From assembly GCF_006345805.1 (NCBI RefSeq), contig NC_042999.1, positions 67,208,001-67,272,000 of the forward strand: a stretch of 64,000 nucleotides of DNA, given 5' to 3'. Shown in pieces: positions 11,347 through 23,400 of the stretch; within the stretch, counting starts at the first letter, position 1, and each line of letters opens with the position of its first letter. Under the pieces are notes generated by a model that did not search any database, was not told the DNA's origin, and saw only the letters and a list, made by a program, of their open reading frames with translations. The position numbers and the translations under genes were made by a program. The stretch comes from Octopus sinensis. Lineage: Eukaryota.

Positions 11347-11485
11347 ACTTTGAAGAGGATATGAAAATTCACCTGGAAGAGTTCCTTGCCAGTAAAAACA
11401 AGAAACTCTTTGAGCAGGAAATAATGGAATTGTCCACAAGATGGCAAACGATACTGAAAGTAAATGGTAATTATTTCATTGATCA
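11347..11485 (+). mobile_element. Mariner transposase C-terminal fragment
   Basis: EEDMKIHLEEFLASK...LSTRWQTILKVNGNYFID resembles mariner C-termini. Confidence 0.65.
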
Positions 11486-11719
11486 AGGCAGTGATCTGGT
11501 AGTATTTCGTGTGCTTTTGCAATTGGAGTTCAAATTCTGCTGAGGTTGACTATGTATTAAATCCTTTCGGGGTCAATTGAAAATATATCAGCTGAAAACT
11601 GGGGGTTGATGTAATTGATTCCCTGCCACCAAAAAATTGCTGGCCTTGTGCCAAAATTTGAAAGCAATTATCTCATTGATTGAATAAATCATATTATGTT
11701 TAAAACATGTGTCTTATTG

Positions 11720-11905
11720 TGTCTGGGGAGAGTCATTTTCTTTTTGTGCCTTATAATGTAACACACTCACCGGTAAAATTTCCACGTTTTTCTTATTTTT
11801 ATTGTCCTAAAATTTTTGTTGCGTCTTGCAACCTTCTCAATAGTTTTGACTCTGGTGAGTGTGTTACATTATAAGGCAAAAAAAGAAAATGACTCTCTCC
11901 AGACA
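11720..11905. repeat. Foldback repeat (family shared with 57377-57592)
   Basis: About 52-bp inverted outer arms with an asymmetric centre. Confidence 0.8.
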
Positions 11906-12204
11906 ATAGAATATGCTTCAACACACGAACTCATATAAAGAATCTTGCAAACCAAATCCAAAAACGAAACATGTGTCTTATTTTCCCTTAAGAAAACAAA
12001 TTAACTTACTTTTTGGCCAACTCAATAAATCCTCAGACTACTACAGTACCACCATATCACACAACTACACCACCATGCCAGCCTACCACTACACTACCTC
12101 AACAACCCGCTACCACAACATCACCACAGATCCCACCACTACACAATCACTACAACATAACATAACCACATGACACACCATCGCTATACTGCAACACTGC
12201 ACCA

Positions 12205-12648
12205 CCACATTATGCTATATTCGAGCGTGATCGTTACCAGCGTCGCCTTACTGGCACTTGTGCCCGTGCTAGTAGGATGCCAAGAGCACCATCCGAGCAT
12301 GAGCGTTGCCAGAGCAGCCAGCTGGCTTCCGTGCCAGTGGCACGTAAAAGGGCACCATTCGAGCATGATCATTACCAACATCGCCTTACTGGAACCTGTG
12401 CTGGTGGCATGTGTAAAAGAATTTGAGCGAGGTCGTTGCCAGTACCGCCTGACTGGCCCCCATGCCGGTGGCACATAAAAAGCACCCACTACACTCTCGG
12501 AGTGGTTGGCTTTAGGAAGGGCATCCAGCTGTAGAAACTCTGCCAAATCAAGATTGGAGCCTGGTGCAGCCATCTGGTTTGCCAGCACTCAGTCAAAATC
12601 GTCCAACCCATGCTAGCATGGAAAGCGGACGTTAAACAATGATGATGA
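12205..12648 (+). mobile_element. RTE 3' end fragment in CAC-rich low-complexity DNA
   Basis: Matches 19900-20247; GATGAT tail. Confidence 0.8.
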
Positions 12649-12875
12649 CTACCACATCACATTAGAACAACTTGTTGTCATTACACAACATTACACCACT
12701 ACACTGCTGCTATATCGCACAACCCTACACAACACACCATTCCTTCCTTAAAAACACCATCTCAATATGCTGCCGCTGCCATTATTGTTACCATCATCAC
12801 AACGCTTGTTTCAGTACTTATATATCAAAAACCAAATGCAAGTGCACGAATGCACATCATTCTGAATCTACTTAC

Positions 12876-12995
12876 TCAGGTCGAACAGCGGAGGCACTAA
12901 TCTGAGCAAATTTCTTCACTTTGTTTCGAATGACATCAATTCCTCGTTCATCGGAAGAGTTCAGTTCCAAGACACGGCTGCGGTACATATCATGT
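12876..12995 (-). CDS. RFC4: RFC4 coding exon ([31 protein letters not shown]...)
   Basis: 120 nt, TAG/GTAAG boundaries, LELNxSDERG RFC box. Confidence 0.96.
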
Positions 12996-13130
12996 CTAAA
13001 CAAAATAAAGAAAAAGGGAAAAAAAATTTTTTCTGTTAAATAGGAATCTTTAAAAGGGTAAAACTAGGGGAAATAAAAAGAAACTTCTATCTATGCAATT
13101 AAGAGGTAATAAATCTGTTCACATACATAC

Positions 13131-13210
13131 CCAAACAATTCTCTGGCTGCTGCAAGTATTGTGGATGTTTTACCAGTACCAGGTGGTCCGTAGAACAACA
13201 GATTTGGCAA
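13131..13210 (-). CDS. RFC4: RFC4 coding exon with Walker A ([27 protein letters not shown])
   Basis: 80 nt, CAG/GTATGT boundaries, canonical GPPGTGKT P-loop. Confidence 0.97.
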
Positions 13211-13334
13211 CTGTCAAATGAGACAGGAGACTGAGAGATAGTGAAAAGTATACATAAGAATATATATATGAAAGTTACGTGGCAAACCAGCTGGTGCCAC
13301 ATAAAAAGCACCCAGTACACTCTGTAAAGTAGTC

Positions 13335-14075
13335 TTAGCAGTGATTCTCTCTTTCCAATGCCCAGTCTCTTTTACAATCTCTTGAACAAGCCTCAAATTG
13401 TGTAGGTCTTTAACTCAATGAGTCCAAGACTGAATATGTAAACAAGTGCTTGTCCAACAGTGATTTCATCATCCATACTCTCAACAATACGCCCTTAAAT
13501 ATGGTTTCTGATTACAAATATCTTGGGTCATACATATCATCATCTGAAAAAGATTTTCTAACGAGAAAGGGTATGGCCTGGTCAGCCTGTGATGATATGC
13601 ATAAGATCTGGTCATCAAATTTAAGTAGAGATTTCAAACTTAAAATCTTCAAAGCCACAGTCGAACCAATTCTACTATATGGCTCAGAAACCTGGATGTT
13701 ATCAAAGAAGCTTGAGAGGCGGTTGGATGGAACTTACACTCGCCTCCTTATGAGAGCTCAAAATCTCTCGTGGAAGCGTCATCCAACCAAAGTACAAATA
13801 TATGGGAAACTACCACCTGTATCATCTCTTGTGAAAGGTAGAAGAGTCCAGTTTGCTGGACATTGTTGTAGAGCTGAAAACGAGGTAATTTCTACTCTTC
13901 TCCTCTGGAAGCCATCTGTTCGCGATACCAGAGGGCGTACACTCTCCTACCCTGATGTAATCTCCAGGGATACAGGCATCCAGCAACAGGACCTCCGTAA
14001 TGCTAGGATGGACCGTGAAGTCTGGTGTAACATAGTAAATTCCATTGTCTTGACCACAGTCAAACAATGGTGATG
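13335..14075 (+). mobile_element. 5'-truncated non-LTR retrotransposon (different RTE-like family), RT C-terminal part
   Basis: KTEY, YKYLGS and ILLYGSETW motifs (ORF 13450..14073), TGATGA tail, candidate 9-bp TSD AAAGTAGTC/AAAGCAGTC. Confidence 0.85.
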
Positions 14076-14934
14076 AAAGCAGTCGGCATTAGGAAGGGCA
14101 TCCAGACACAGAAACTATACCAAATAAGACAATAGGAACCTGGTGTAGCTCTCAGGTCTGTCAGCTCCTGTCAAACAATCCAACCCATAGAAAACAGACA
14201 TTAAAAGATTATGAAGATGTGTACGTGTGTATGTATATTATCTCTGTAGCAAGACACCTCTGCTTGTCCCTCTATCATATTTTAGTCTCCAAGACCTGGT
14301 ATTAGGCCATCTCCCCACTATATATATGAATGGTTTTGCATAGACATCAAAGGGGATGTAACATCAGAAGATGGTTTGTTTGAGTGGTTAATGAAAGCTA
14401 TACATACAACAATAAGTAAATAGACACAAACACATCATGCCTATCAATGGTGTATGAAACATTAAGTATGATACATAGATGGCATGTTTCAGTAATCTGC
14501 AATTTAAATGATGATACATCAAAGGAGAACTAAACCATTTTTAAAAATAAAGACAGATAAAGAAACTACTATACAAAGTAATTGATGTAAATATGACTGA
14601 CCAAAAGAAGGCTGCAAGCTAGCAGAACTGTTAAATGCTGGACAAAATGTTTAGCGGCATTTTGTCCTTCTTCATGTTCTAAGTTCAAATTCCACTAAGG
14701 TTGACTTTTCCTTTCATCCATCTGGGGTCGATAGAATAAGTACCAGCTGAACACTGAAGTCGATATAATAGACTTAACCCTTCCCCTGAAATTACTGGTC
14801 TTGGGCCAGAATTTGAAACCAATGAGTGATCAAAATCCTTGAATACAGTGCCCCAGGATAGCCACTGACAAAGGACTGAAACCGGTGAAAGAGCAAAAGT
14901 ATTAATGAGTAAAAGAATAAACTAGAACACTTAC

Positions 14935-15013
14935 ATCAGAACCCTGAAGAGATTTCTTTAGAACGTGCACAACTTCATCTTGGTAAGCAACATCATCAAT
15001 TTGTCGAGGACGA
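14935..15013 (-). CDS. RFC4: RFC4 coding exon (RPRQIDDVAYQDEVVHVLKKSLQGSD)
   Basis: 79 nt, AG/GTAAGT boundaries, phase 2 in and phase 0 out, continuous with neighbouring exons. Confidence 0.95.
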
Positions 15014-15050
15014 CTACACAGTAGAAACAATAAAAAAAATAAACATTAAT

Positions 15051-15410
15051 GACAAACGTCCCAGGTGAGGCTCATATCAGCCCTAAAAGAGCTGTGGTTA
15101 AGGTATACAAGACTTGAAGGAGTGCCAGCCCTAGAAAAGTGACAAACGTCCCAGGTGAGTCTCATATCAGCCCTAAAAGAGCTGTGGTTAAGGTGTACAA
15201 GACTTGAAGGAGTGCTGGCCCCAGACAAGTGACAAATGTCCCAGGTGAGGCTCATATCAGCCCTAAAAGAGCTGTGATTAAGGTATACAAGACTTGAAGG
15301 AGTGCTGGCCCTAGACAAGTGACAAACGTCCCAGGTGAGTCTCATATCAGCCCTAAAAGAGCTTTGGTTAAGGTATACAAGACTTGAAGGAGTGCTGGCC
15401 CCAGACAAGT
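15051..15410. repeat. 90-bp tandem repeat, 4 copies (ABAB, 180-bp higher order)
   Basis: Units start at 15051, 15141, 15231 and 15321; diagnostic bases alternate. Confidence 0.95.
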
Positions 15411-16253
15411 GTCAAACAGGCCAAATGTTATGTGGATATACGCTGATATCACATGAATTCAGTTTCCTAGTTTTGGGGTTAAAAATACAAACCCTGTAAT
15501 TCAAGGATAAGCTTCGGAGGGCTATAGATCAGCAGAATAAATCATAAATGTAATGGCAAAAGGCAATGGAAAACCACTGTTATATCTTTTCTCATGAAAA
15601 ATCTCGAATCTTCAGATTTCGTTTTGGAGACCAATGATTGCCAACACCTGAAGGCAAAGCATGAAGATCACCAGTTACAAGCATACAAATCTGTTGTGTC
15701 CTTTCTGTACCTTTCACTGTACTATAAAAAAATTATTTATTTGATTGTCAAACCTTCATTCACTTGCATTCTACAACCAATAACACACATATGTGTTGTT
15801 ACTACTACATAGTCTGTTTCTTTGTACTAGCAAGCTTTGTACCATCCCCAGCATAAGTTTCTCTAATAGCTTGCTTTCACAATTCCTTACATTTCATCTT
15901 AAACCTCAAAGTTCATACTATTAAAAAAAAAATGCCCTCCAGTTGATCCTTGGATAATGTGGCAAGTATTCAGGCTGTCTCCAATCTAAGGATAATTTCT
16001 TCTCTTTAGTCACAGTGGCCCTGGAAAGAGTCATGAGCACTGCTTCTTTTCCAGACGAGGGAGAGAGGGAGAGCAAATAAAAAATGACACTTTCATCTTA
16101 GTTTTTTGACAGACTGATATGCTCTTAATCTTTCCATGACACACACCAACACAAACTTATTTTGTTTCAATAATATTAAAACCTTATATGTAATAATTTA
16201 AGTGGATGCTTACCCTTTAAAAAACAATGTTAGGATTAGATTTAAACACTTAC

Positions 16254-16360
16254 TATTTCTCTACCCAGGGTATATGTGCTTCTTTGGTCGTTTCTGTTGA
16301 TACAGGCTTCTCTTTTCTCTTGATGAAGCCAGAACTTCCAGGCTTGAGAAAAGCATGCAT
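16254..16360 (-). CDS. RFC4: Replication factor C subunit 4, first coding exon (MHAFLKPG...HIPWVEKY)
   Basis: Manual translation gives the N-terminal MxAFLK and the PWVEKY RFC box. Donor GTAAGT at 16253-16248. The exon extends 13 nt of 5'UTR to an AG acceptor at 16375-16374. Confidence 0.93.
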
Positions 16361-16676
16361 TGTGTTAACAGCACTGAAATAAAGGGAAGGTCTTGTTAAT
16401 TACTTAAAGCAGTGTCACTCATTAACATAATCAATTAATGTCTGTTTTTCATGCTGGCATGTGTTGGAAGGTTTGACAGGATCTGGCAATCACCAAGGCC
16501 AAGTTCAGCTTTGAAATGTTTTCTATGGCTGGATGCTGTTCCTAATGCTAACTAATTTACAGTGTGTACTGGATGCTCTTTTCATGCCACTGGCATTAAT
16601 GAAATTGTCAAGAAAGACGAGACCAGGTAAAAGGAAAAAACCCTCTCAGCTAAGAAGATGAGATAATATATATATG

Positions 16677-19600
16677 AGATAGTCGAGATGCTTGAACGGA
16701 GATGTGTGGATATATGTTGCATGCAAGAAATAAGGTGGAGAGGAGGATCAGCTAGGTTCCTCACAGGCAAGGAACGCAGGTACAAGATTTTGTGGGCAGG
16801 GAACACTGACGGGGTTGGTGGCGTGGGTATACTTATCGCTGAGAAATGGGTAGATAAAGTAATTGAGGTAATCAGAGTAAGTGACAGAATACTTAAGATT
16901 AGATTAGTGCTTCATCATAGTTTAGCAACCATTATATCAGCCTATGCTCCTCAGTCGGGGCTACCCGATGGACAGAAAGACCGATTCTATGACACTCTAC
17001 TGCAGACTACCTCATTGACGAACGACAGAGACCTTATCTTTGTGGCTGGTGACTTCAATGGTCACGTTGGACGACATGCTGGGGGCTTCCATGGCGTACA
17101 TGGAGGCTATGGCTATGGCTCCCGCAACGAGGAGGGAACCAGGCTGCTGGAGTTCTGCGATGCAAATAATCTTATGATTTGCAACACTAACTTCAGGAAA
17201 CCTACCAGCCACCTAGTCACTTACCAATCGGGCCAACATACCAGCCAAATTGACTACATCCTTACAAGGCAAAGGGAGAGATGGCTGCTTATAAATGCCA
17301 AAACCTTCCCAGGTGAAGAATGTACCCCACAACATAGACTGGTAGTTAGTGACTTTAGGATCAGGACTAGGAGGACAACCAGAAGACGACAAATATGGAG
17401 AAGAAGGATCTGGAAGCTTAAAGATCCTGCAAATGGACAGAGATTTAGGGACATATTACTTGAAGCCTCTGACGAAGTAGAAGGGGATAGAGCATCACGG
17501 GGGTAGAAGACAGCTGGACGTTTCTAAGGGACAACCTGCTGAGAGCCACTGACCAGATCTGTGGCTGGTGCAAAGTCCCCTCTCGACCTAGAATAACGTG
17601 GTGGTGGAACAATATTGTAGACAGGGCTATTAGAGAAAAGAGACAGGCTTGGAAGGTCTGGAAAAATGGGGGTAGCAGGGAATTGTATCAGACTGCCAAA
17701 AGAGAAGCTAGGAGACAGGTTTATTTAGCCAGAGGGGAAGCAGATAAGAAAAAATTTGCCAATGTTCTGCGCCGTGAGGACCAAAGACTGGAGGTGTTTC
17801 GTGTTGCAAGACAGTGTGTGAGAGAGAATCGTGATGTGGTAGGAGAGAAGTGTGTTCGCATGGAAGATGGTTCACTTGCGCTAAATGAGGATGCAAAGAG
17901 AGAGGTTTGGAGATGCCACTATGAAAGGTTGCTGAATGAAGAAAATGAATGGGATAAAGAGAGTCTGCCGAATGTTGACCCAACAGAGGGACCAGCTATC
18001 CGAGTTGATAGTTCTGTGGTAGCTAAGGCAATTAGAAGCATGAAGACAGGGAAAGCCCCAGGCCCATCAGGAATCACTGCAGAGATGCTCAAAATGTCTG
18101 GTAGTGTCGGCTATAGCCTAGTCACCCATATAGTTAATCAGGTGATACACAAAGGGGTCATACCCAATGACTGGTGTAGCAGTATAATAGTCAACTGCTA
18201 CAAAGGTAAAGGTGATGCCCTAGATACAAATAACTACAGAGGTATCAAGCTGTTGGACCAGGTGATGAAGGTTACGGAGAGGGTCATAGCCCAACTAATT
18301 AGAGAGAGAGTTAGTTTAGATGAGATGCAGTTTGGGTTTGTGCCAGGGAAAAGTACTACTGATGCTATATTCCTGGTAAGGCAGCTGCAGGAGAAATACC
18401 TAGCCAAAGATAAGCCCCTGTACCTGGCTTTTGTTGACATGGAGAAAGCCTTCGACAGGGTCCCCCGATCCCTTATCTGGTGGGCAATGAGAAAACTAGG
18501 GATAGATGAATGGTTAGTGAGAGCTGTGCGGGCCATGTATAGGGACGCCGCTAGTAGGGTGAGGGTTGGAAATGAGTACAGTGAAGAATTCCGGGTAGAG
18601 GTAGGGGTCCACCAAGGCTCAGTACTCAGCCCCCTCCTATTTATCATAGTCCTCCAGGCAATAACGGAGGAATTCAAGACAGGATGCCCTTGGGAGCTCC
18701 TCTATGCTGATGACCTTGCTCTAATTGCTGAGTCGCTATCAGAACTGGAGGAGAAGTTTCAGGTGTGGAAACAAGGATTAGAATCGAAGGGCCTCAGAGT
18801 CAATCTAGCTAAAACCAAAGTCGTAATCAGTAGGAAGGTAGACAAATCACAAACACCTTCAGGTAGATGGCCCTGCTCGATCTGTAGAAAAGGTGTAGGT
18901 AGAAACTCTATAAGATGCACCAAGTGTAAGCTATGGACACATAAGAGATGCAGCAATGTCAAAGGAAGGCTAACTAGGAAGATGGTTTTTGTATGTGGCA
19001 GATGCTCAGGAACAATAAACACTGAAAATGCTCTGAGACCAACTTCCGTCACTTTCCAGGGAGAAAAACTAGAAATAGTTGATAGTTTCCGTTACCTAGG
19101 TGACCAAGTCAGCAGCGGGGGCGGGTGTGCTGAAAGTGTAACTGCTAGAGTAAGAATAGCTTGGGCAAAGTTCAGAGAGCTCTTACCTCTGCTGGTGACA
19201 AAAGGCCTCTCGCACAGAGTGAAAGGCAGACTGTATGATGCGTGTGTACGAACAGCCATGCTACATGGCAGTGAAACATGGGCCGTGACTGCTGAGGATA
19301 TGCGTAAGCTCGCTAGAAATGAAGCCAGTATGCTCCGATGGATGTGTAATGCCGGTACTCACATTCGGCAGAGTGTAAGTACCTTGAGAGAAAAGCTGGA
19401 CCTAAGAAGCATCAGTTGTGGTGTGCAAGAGAGACGTTTGCGCTGGTATGGTCATGTGGCGAGAATGGATGAAGATAGTTGTGTGAAAAAGTGCCACACC
19501 CTAGCGGTTGAGGGAACCTGTGGAAGAGGCAGACCCAGGAAAACCTGGGACGAGGTGGTGAAGCACGACCTTCGAACTTTAGGTCTCACTGAGGAAATGA

Positions 19601-20247
19601 CTAGAGACCGAGAGCTCTGGAAGTGTGCTGTGCGCGAGAAGACCCGGCAGGACAAGTGAGTCCACAACCCGTGGCCTTCTACATGGGATGGAGCCAGCCT
19701 ACGTATGCATACCTTCCCTTCTTGGGACACAAAACTCTACTTGTGAAGACGTGTTGAGGCAAGTGAGGATCAGAATCGAAATCGATCAATGGAAATTGCG
19801 GATGTGCTACCAGTGCCGGTGGCATGTCGAAACTCTGCTTGTGAAGACCCATTGAGGCAAGTGAGGATCAGAATCGAAATCGATCAATGGAAATTGCAGA
19901 TGTGTTACCAGTGCCGGTGGCATGTAAGAGAACTTTCCGTTTCGCGACCGTTGCCAGCACCGCCCCGTTTCGTGTCCGTTGCCAGCCTCGCCTGGCCCTC
20001 GTGCCGGTGGCACATAAAAAGCACCATCCGTTCGTGGCCGTTTGCCAGCTCTGTCTGGCACCAGTGCGGGTGGCACGTAAAAAGCACCCACTACACTCAC
20101 GGAGTGGTTGGCGTTAGGAAGGGCATCCAGCCGTAGAAACACTGCCAGATTTGACTGGGCCTGATGAAGCCTTCTGGCTTCACAGACCCCAGTAGAACCG
20201 TCCAACCCATGCTAGCATGGAAAACGGACGCTAAATGATGATGATGA
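16677..20247 (+). mobile_element. RTE-clade LINE, nearly full length (APE endonuclease, RT with YADD, PHD-like insert, about 590-nt 3'UTR, (GAT)n tail)
   Basis: ORFs 16688..17506 and 17683..19659 join into one frame with a single extra G in the G5 run at 17499-17503. Slightly 5'-truncated. Antisense in the RFC4 5'UTR intron. Confidence 0.95.
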
Positions 20248-21039
20248 TATATATATATAAAATTAACTTGGTGAAAAGTGCCCAGCAAGTAGTGCTACTC
20301 CTTGTCTATTTGTAATATGAGATAGTACATAATAAGGTGTGTTGTATGCAATGCTGTTTTAAAATTCATCAACAGCCTGCCTTTTTTTTTCATATCAAAA
20401 AAATTTGGAGTTGCTCGTACAGTATTACACCAGCTTCAGCATTGAATCGTCAAGAGAAGTGAGGTTGATAAACAAGCCAAACATGCTACTTTCAGTTTTT
20501 TTAACCCTTCTTGCTTTTGTTTATGAATGTTGGGTAATGTCCAAAAGAGTATGATTGTGAATAGAAGCAGGCAAATTGGGGTGAACATAAGCAAATAATA
20601 TATGATTAAACTAAAGGGCTCAGTGTTTAGAGTATTGGGCTCTCAATCACGAGGTATTGAGTTCAATTCCCAGACCGGGATGTGTGTTGTGTTCTTGAGC
20701 AAGACACTTTATTTCACATTGCTCCAGTTCATTTAGCTGTATAAATAAGTTGTGATGTCTTTGGTGCCAAACTGTATCAGTCTTTGCCTTTCCCTTGGAT
20801 AACATCAGTGGCATGGAGACAGGAGGCTGGTATGCATGAGTGATTGCTGGTCTTCTATAAACAACCTTGCCCAGACTTGTGCCTTGGAGGGTAACATTCT
20901 AGGAGCAATCTCATGATCAGCCATGATCGAATGGGGTCCCTTTACTGGTAATGACATTCCTTTATCTTTTATAGGTTTCAGCCAGAGGGTGAGACCATGC
21001 TGGGACACCACCTGGTTTTCTTCAAGGAATTGTTTCTGG

Positions 21040-21720
21040 TGAAGTAGCAAGTTGGACAGATGTAGTTTACTTTGTGTCGCCAGCATTGATGTAGGTTTAT
21101 CTGGTATGTCAGGTAAAAATCTGTGCAAACAATCTTCGAAAACCACACCATCTACACCTAACAGTTCTCTGATATTGTTTGGCAGAATGTTGAAAAGTTG
21201 TGGGCTCTTAAAACCTAAACCAGTGCTCTGCAACTTTTTTTTTTTTTTTTTTTTTTTTTTCACTTGTGGAACAGTTGCATTCTTTTCAAAATTCGGTGGC
21301 ACACCTGAAAAATAATGACTAAAAGTATAGGGGAAAAAATTATTTTCTGGTTACAGGGCGACACACCGGTTGCAGAGCACTGAAACTAAACTGTTACATT
21401 AACCTGCACTTATTCCAAACGTAGAAGACAGGATCTTAGGTAATTTACAGTGTCGTCCAGTTCAGTGGGAGATAGACCTTTCAGGATCTTTCTTATGTAT
21501 AGTCACTCCGTATATTCCGCATCTTCTTTTTAGGGAGTAAAACCTCAGTTCTTTTAGCCTCTCCCAGTAGATCATCTGTTGTACCAAAGCAATCTTCTCT
21601 GTGCAGTGTCTTTGGATTGCTCCAAGTTCCGCTATTTGACGCTCTGCGGCGACCTCAGATGGAAACAGTAACCAGGTGACTGAGAACGAATGTTCTCCAT
21701 AGGAGTAGCATGGTTCCCTT
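21040..21720 (-). mobile_element. Degenerate CR1/L2-like LINE 3' coding fragment
   Basis: IAELGAIQRH...YWERLKELRFYSLKRR and KSPQLFNILP...FLPDIPDKP segments resemble CR1-type RT C-termini. Confidence 0.65.
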
Positions 21721-21756
21721 TCCCACGCCCTTTTTCCTTTATTGTGTAGAACTGTT

Positions 21757-22415
21757 GGCATTCTTTCGATATAACTCGACAAAATCAAAACATTTCACTT
21801 CGGGTATTTCCGTGGAAGCAAATGACAGTTCGAATTCTGTTTTCTGCTTGGAAATTTGCGGATTTTACATGCACACATGAAACAGGTTAGAACAAATATG
21901 CAAGGCGCAGGAGTGGCTGTGTGGTAAGTAGCTTGCTAACCAACCACATGGTTCCGGGTTCAGTCCCACTGCGTGGCATCTTGGGTAAGTGTCTTCTGCT
22001 ATAGCCCCGGGCCGACCAATGCCTTGTGAGTGGATTTGGTAGACGGAAACTGAAAGAAGCCTGTTGTATATATGTATATATATATGTATATGTGTGTGTG
22101 TTTGTCCCCCTAGCATTGCTTGACATCCAATGCTGGTGTGTTTACGTCCCCGTCACTTAGCGGTTCGGCAAAAGAGACCGATAGAATAAGTACTGGGCTT
22201 ACAAAGAATAAGTCCCGGGGTCGATTTGCTCGACTAAAGGCGGTGCTCCAGCATGGCCGCAGTCAAATGACTGAAACAAGTAAAAGAGTAAAGAGTAAAA
22301 GGCTTTTTTTCTTCAAGTTTAAAATGAGACATTGCTGGCATAATTTCGTTATATCTATACTCCACAACTCAAGGAAATACCCAAAGTGAAATGTTTTGAT
22401 TTTGTCGAGTTGATC
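21757..22415. mobile_element. Second copy of the same MITE, opposite orientation, split by a SINE
   Basis: 21757-21905 and 22310-22350 align to the reverse complement of 23590-23769; partial arm at 22371-22415. Confidence 0.7.
21904..22299 (+). mobile_element. tRNA-headed SINE (family A)
   Basis: Full-length, little-diverged copy. Confidence 0.88.
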
Positions 22416-23031
22416 AGCCCTGATAAATTAGATATTTTTTTCCTTTCTCATACATAGTTCATTATTCGATGCATCCTTTTTATTTTAAAGACAACAGCGA
22501 CTTGAGGGAGATTTTGGTTACCACTATTTCTACGTCTAGTGATAAGTTATAGTGGCGTTGACTCGTTACTATGTACTAGTAGTTTATGCTGAACCTTGGA
22601 TCAGCAAGTCAGCCTCCATTTAGTAATTCTACCTGTTAGAAACAGCAGCCAAATCTTCATCAAATTGAACCGTACTGTCTTTCCAAAAAAGCGCCGGAAC
22701 ACAAATACAAACACTTAATAGAATTGTCGCGACTGTGACACCTTTGATCACTGTAAGTTTGCTTAATCGGAGTAATTTACAGCTAAACAACAACAAAATA
22801 ACAATAATCTAAGCGTTGGTATATCTATAAATTTTAATTCAGTAACACTGTTGTGGTGCACCTGAGCACTGTATACAATAATTTCAATATTACTATTGAA
22901 ATTATATTTCAATACACGAAAATATAACATTTATACACACTTAAACGAAAGTTATATTGTTCTACAGAATAACTATTTCAACTTATTATATCAAACAACT
23001 TATTAATAAAAGGTGTGCGATATATATTTAC

Positions 23032-23230
23032 CTGATCAATAAGTAGATTATTACAAGAGTGTGATATAATATAAATATATTCAGACAACAATCAAGATTA
23101 TTATTATACTGAATACACTTTAAACAGAGTTCCCGCCATTTACTAAATAATGGTAAACAGCTCTTTGAGCATGCGTGACCGGAACACGAAATTTGACATT
23201 TATTAGCGGAAGTTAAACAAAAGTTGTTCC
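23032..23230 (-). other. RFC4: Putative non-coding first exon of RFC4 (5' boundary uncertain)
   Basis: The acceptor at 16374 needs an upstream exon. A CAG|GTAAAT donor lies at 23032/23031, next to the CpG-containing promoter patch. Confidence 0.45.
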
Positions 23231-23265
23231 CCTTTGTTTTCACTACGACGGAAGTTGTTTAGTCC
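23125..23265. promoter_or_regulatory. Putative bidirectional RFC4/GTF2F2 promoter
   Basis: Between divergent genes. Contains TTCCCGCC (E2F-like, 23130-23137) overlapping CGCCATTT (YY1-like) and three ETS-like cores (CCGGAA, GCGGAAGT, ACGGAAGT). Confidence 0.55.
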
Positions 23266-23400
23266 TTTTTGTGGACATTGTTTCTTTGAGTAATTCTATT
23301 GAAAAACTATATTGAAAGTGTGTTTATTTTAAAAAGAATTCTTCACATCCAGCATTGTTCTGGATATAAGTGTTTGTAGATACATACATATCAACTAGTT

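Noticed and set aside
15046-15408. 120-aa repetitive ORF on the minus strand
   Set aside because: An artefact of a 90-bp stop-poor tandem unit; no splice context linking it to RFC4.
20161-20190. CTGATGA followed by a short hairpin in the RTE 3'UTR
   Set aside because: No GAAA after the stem; other copies read CTGGTGCA at this position, so it is a chance variant.
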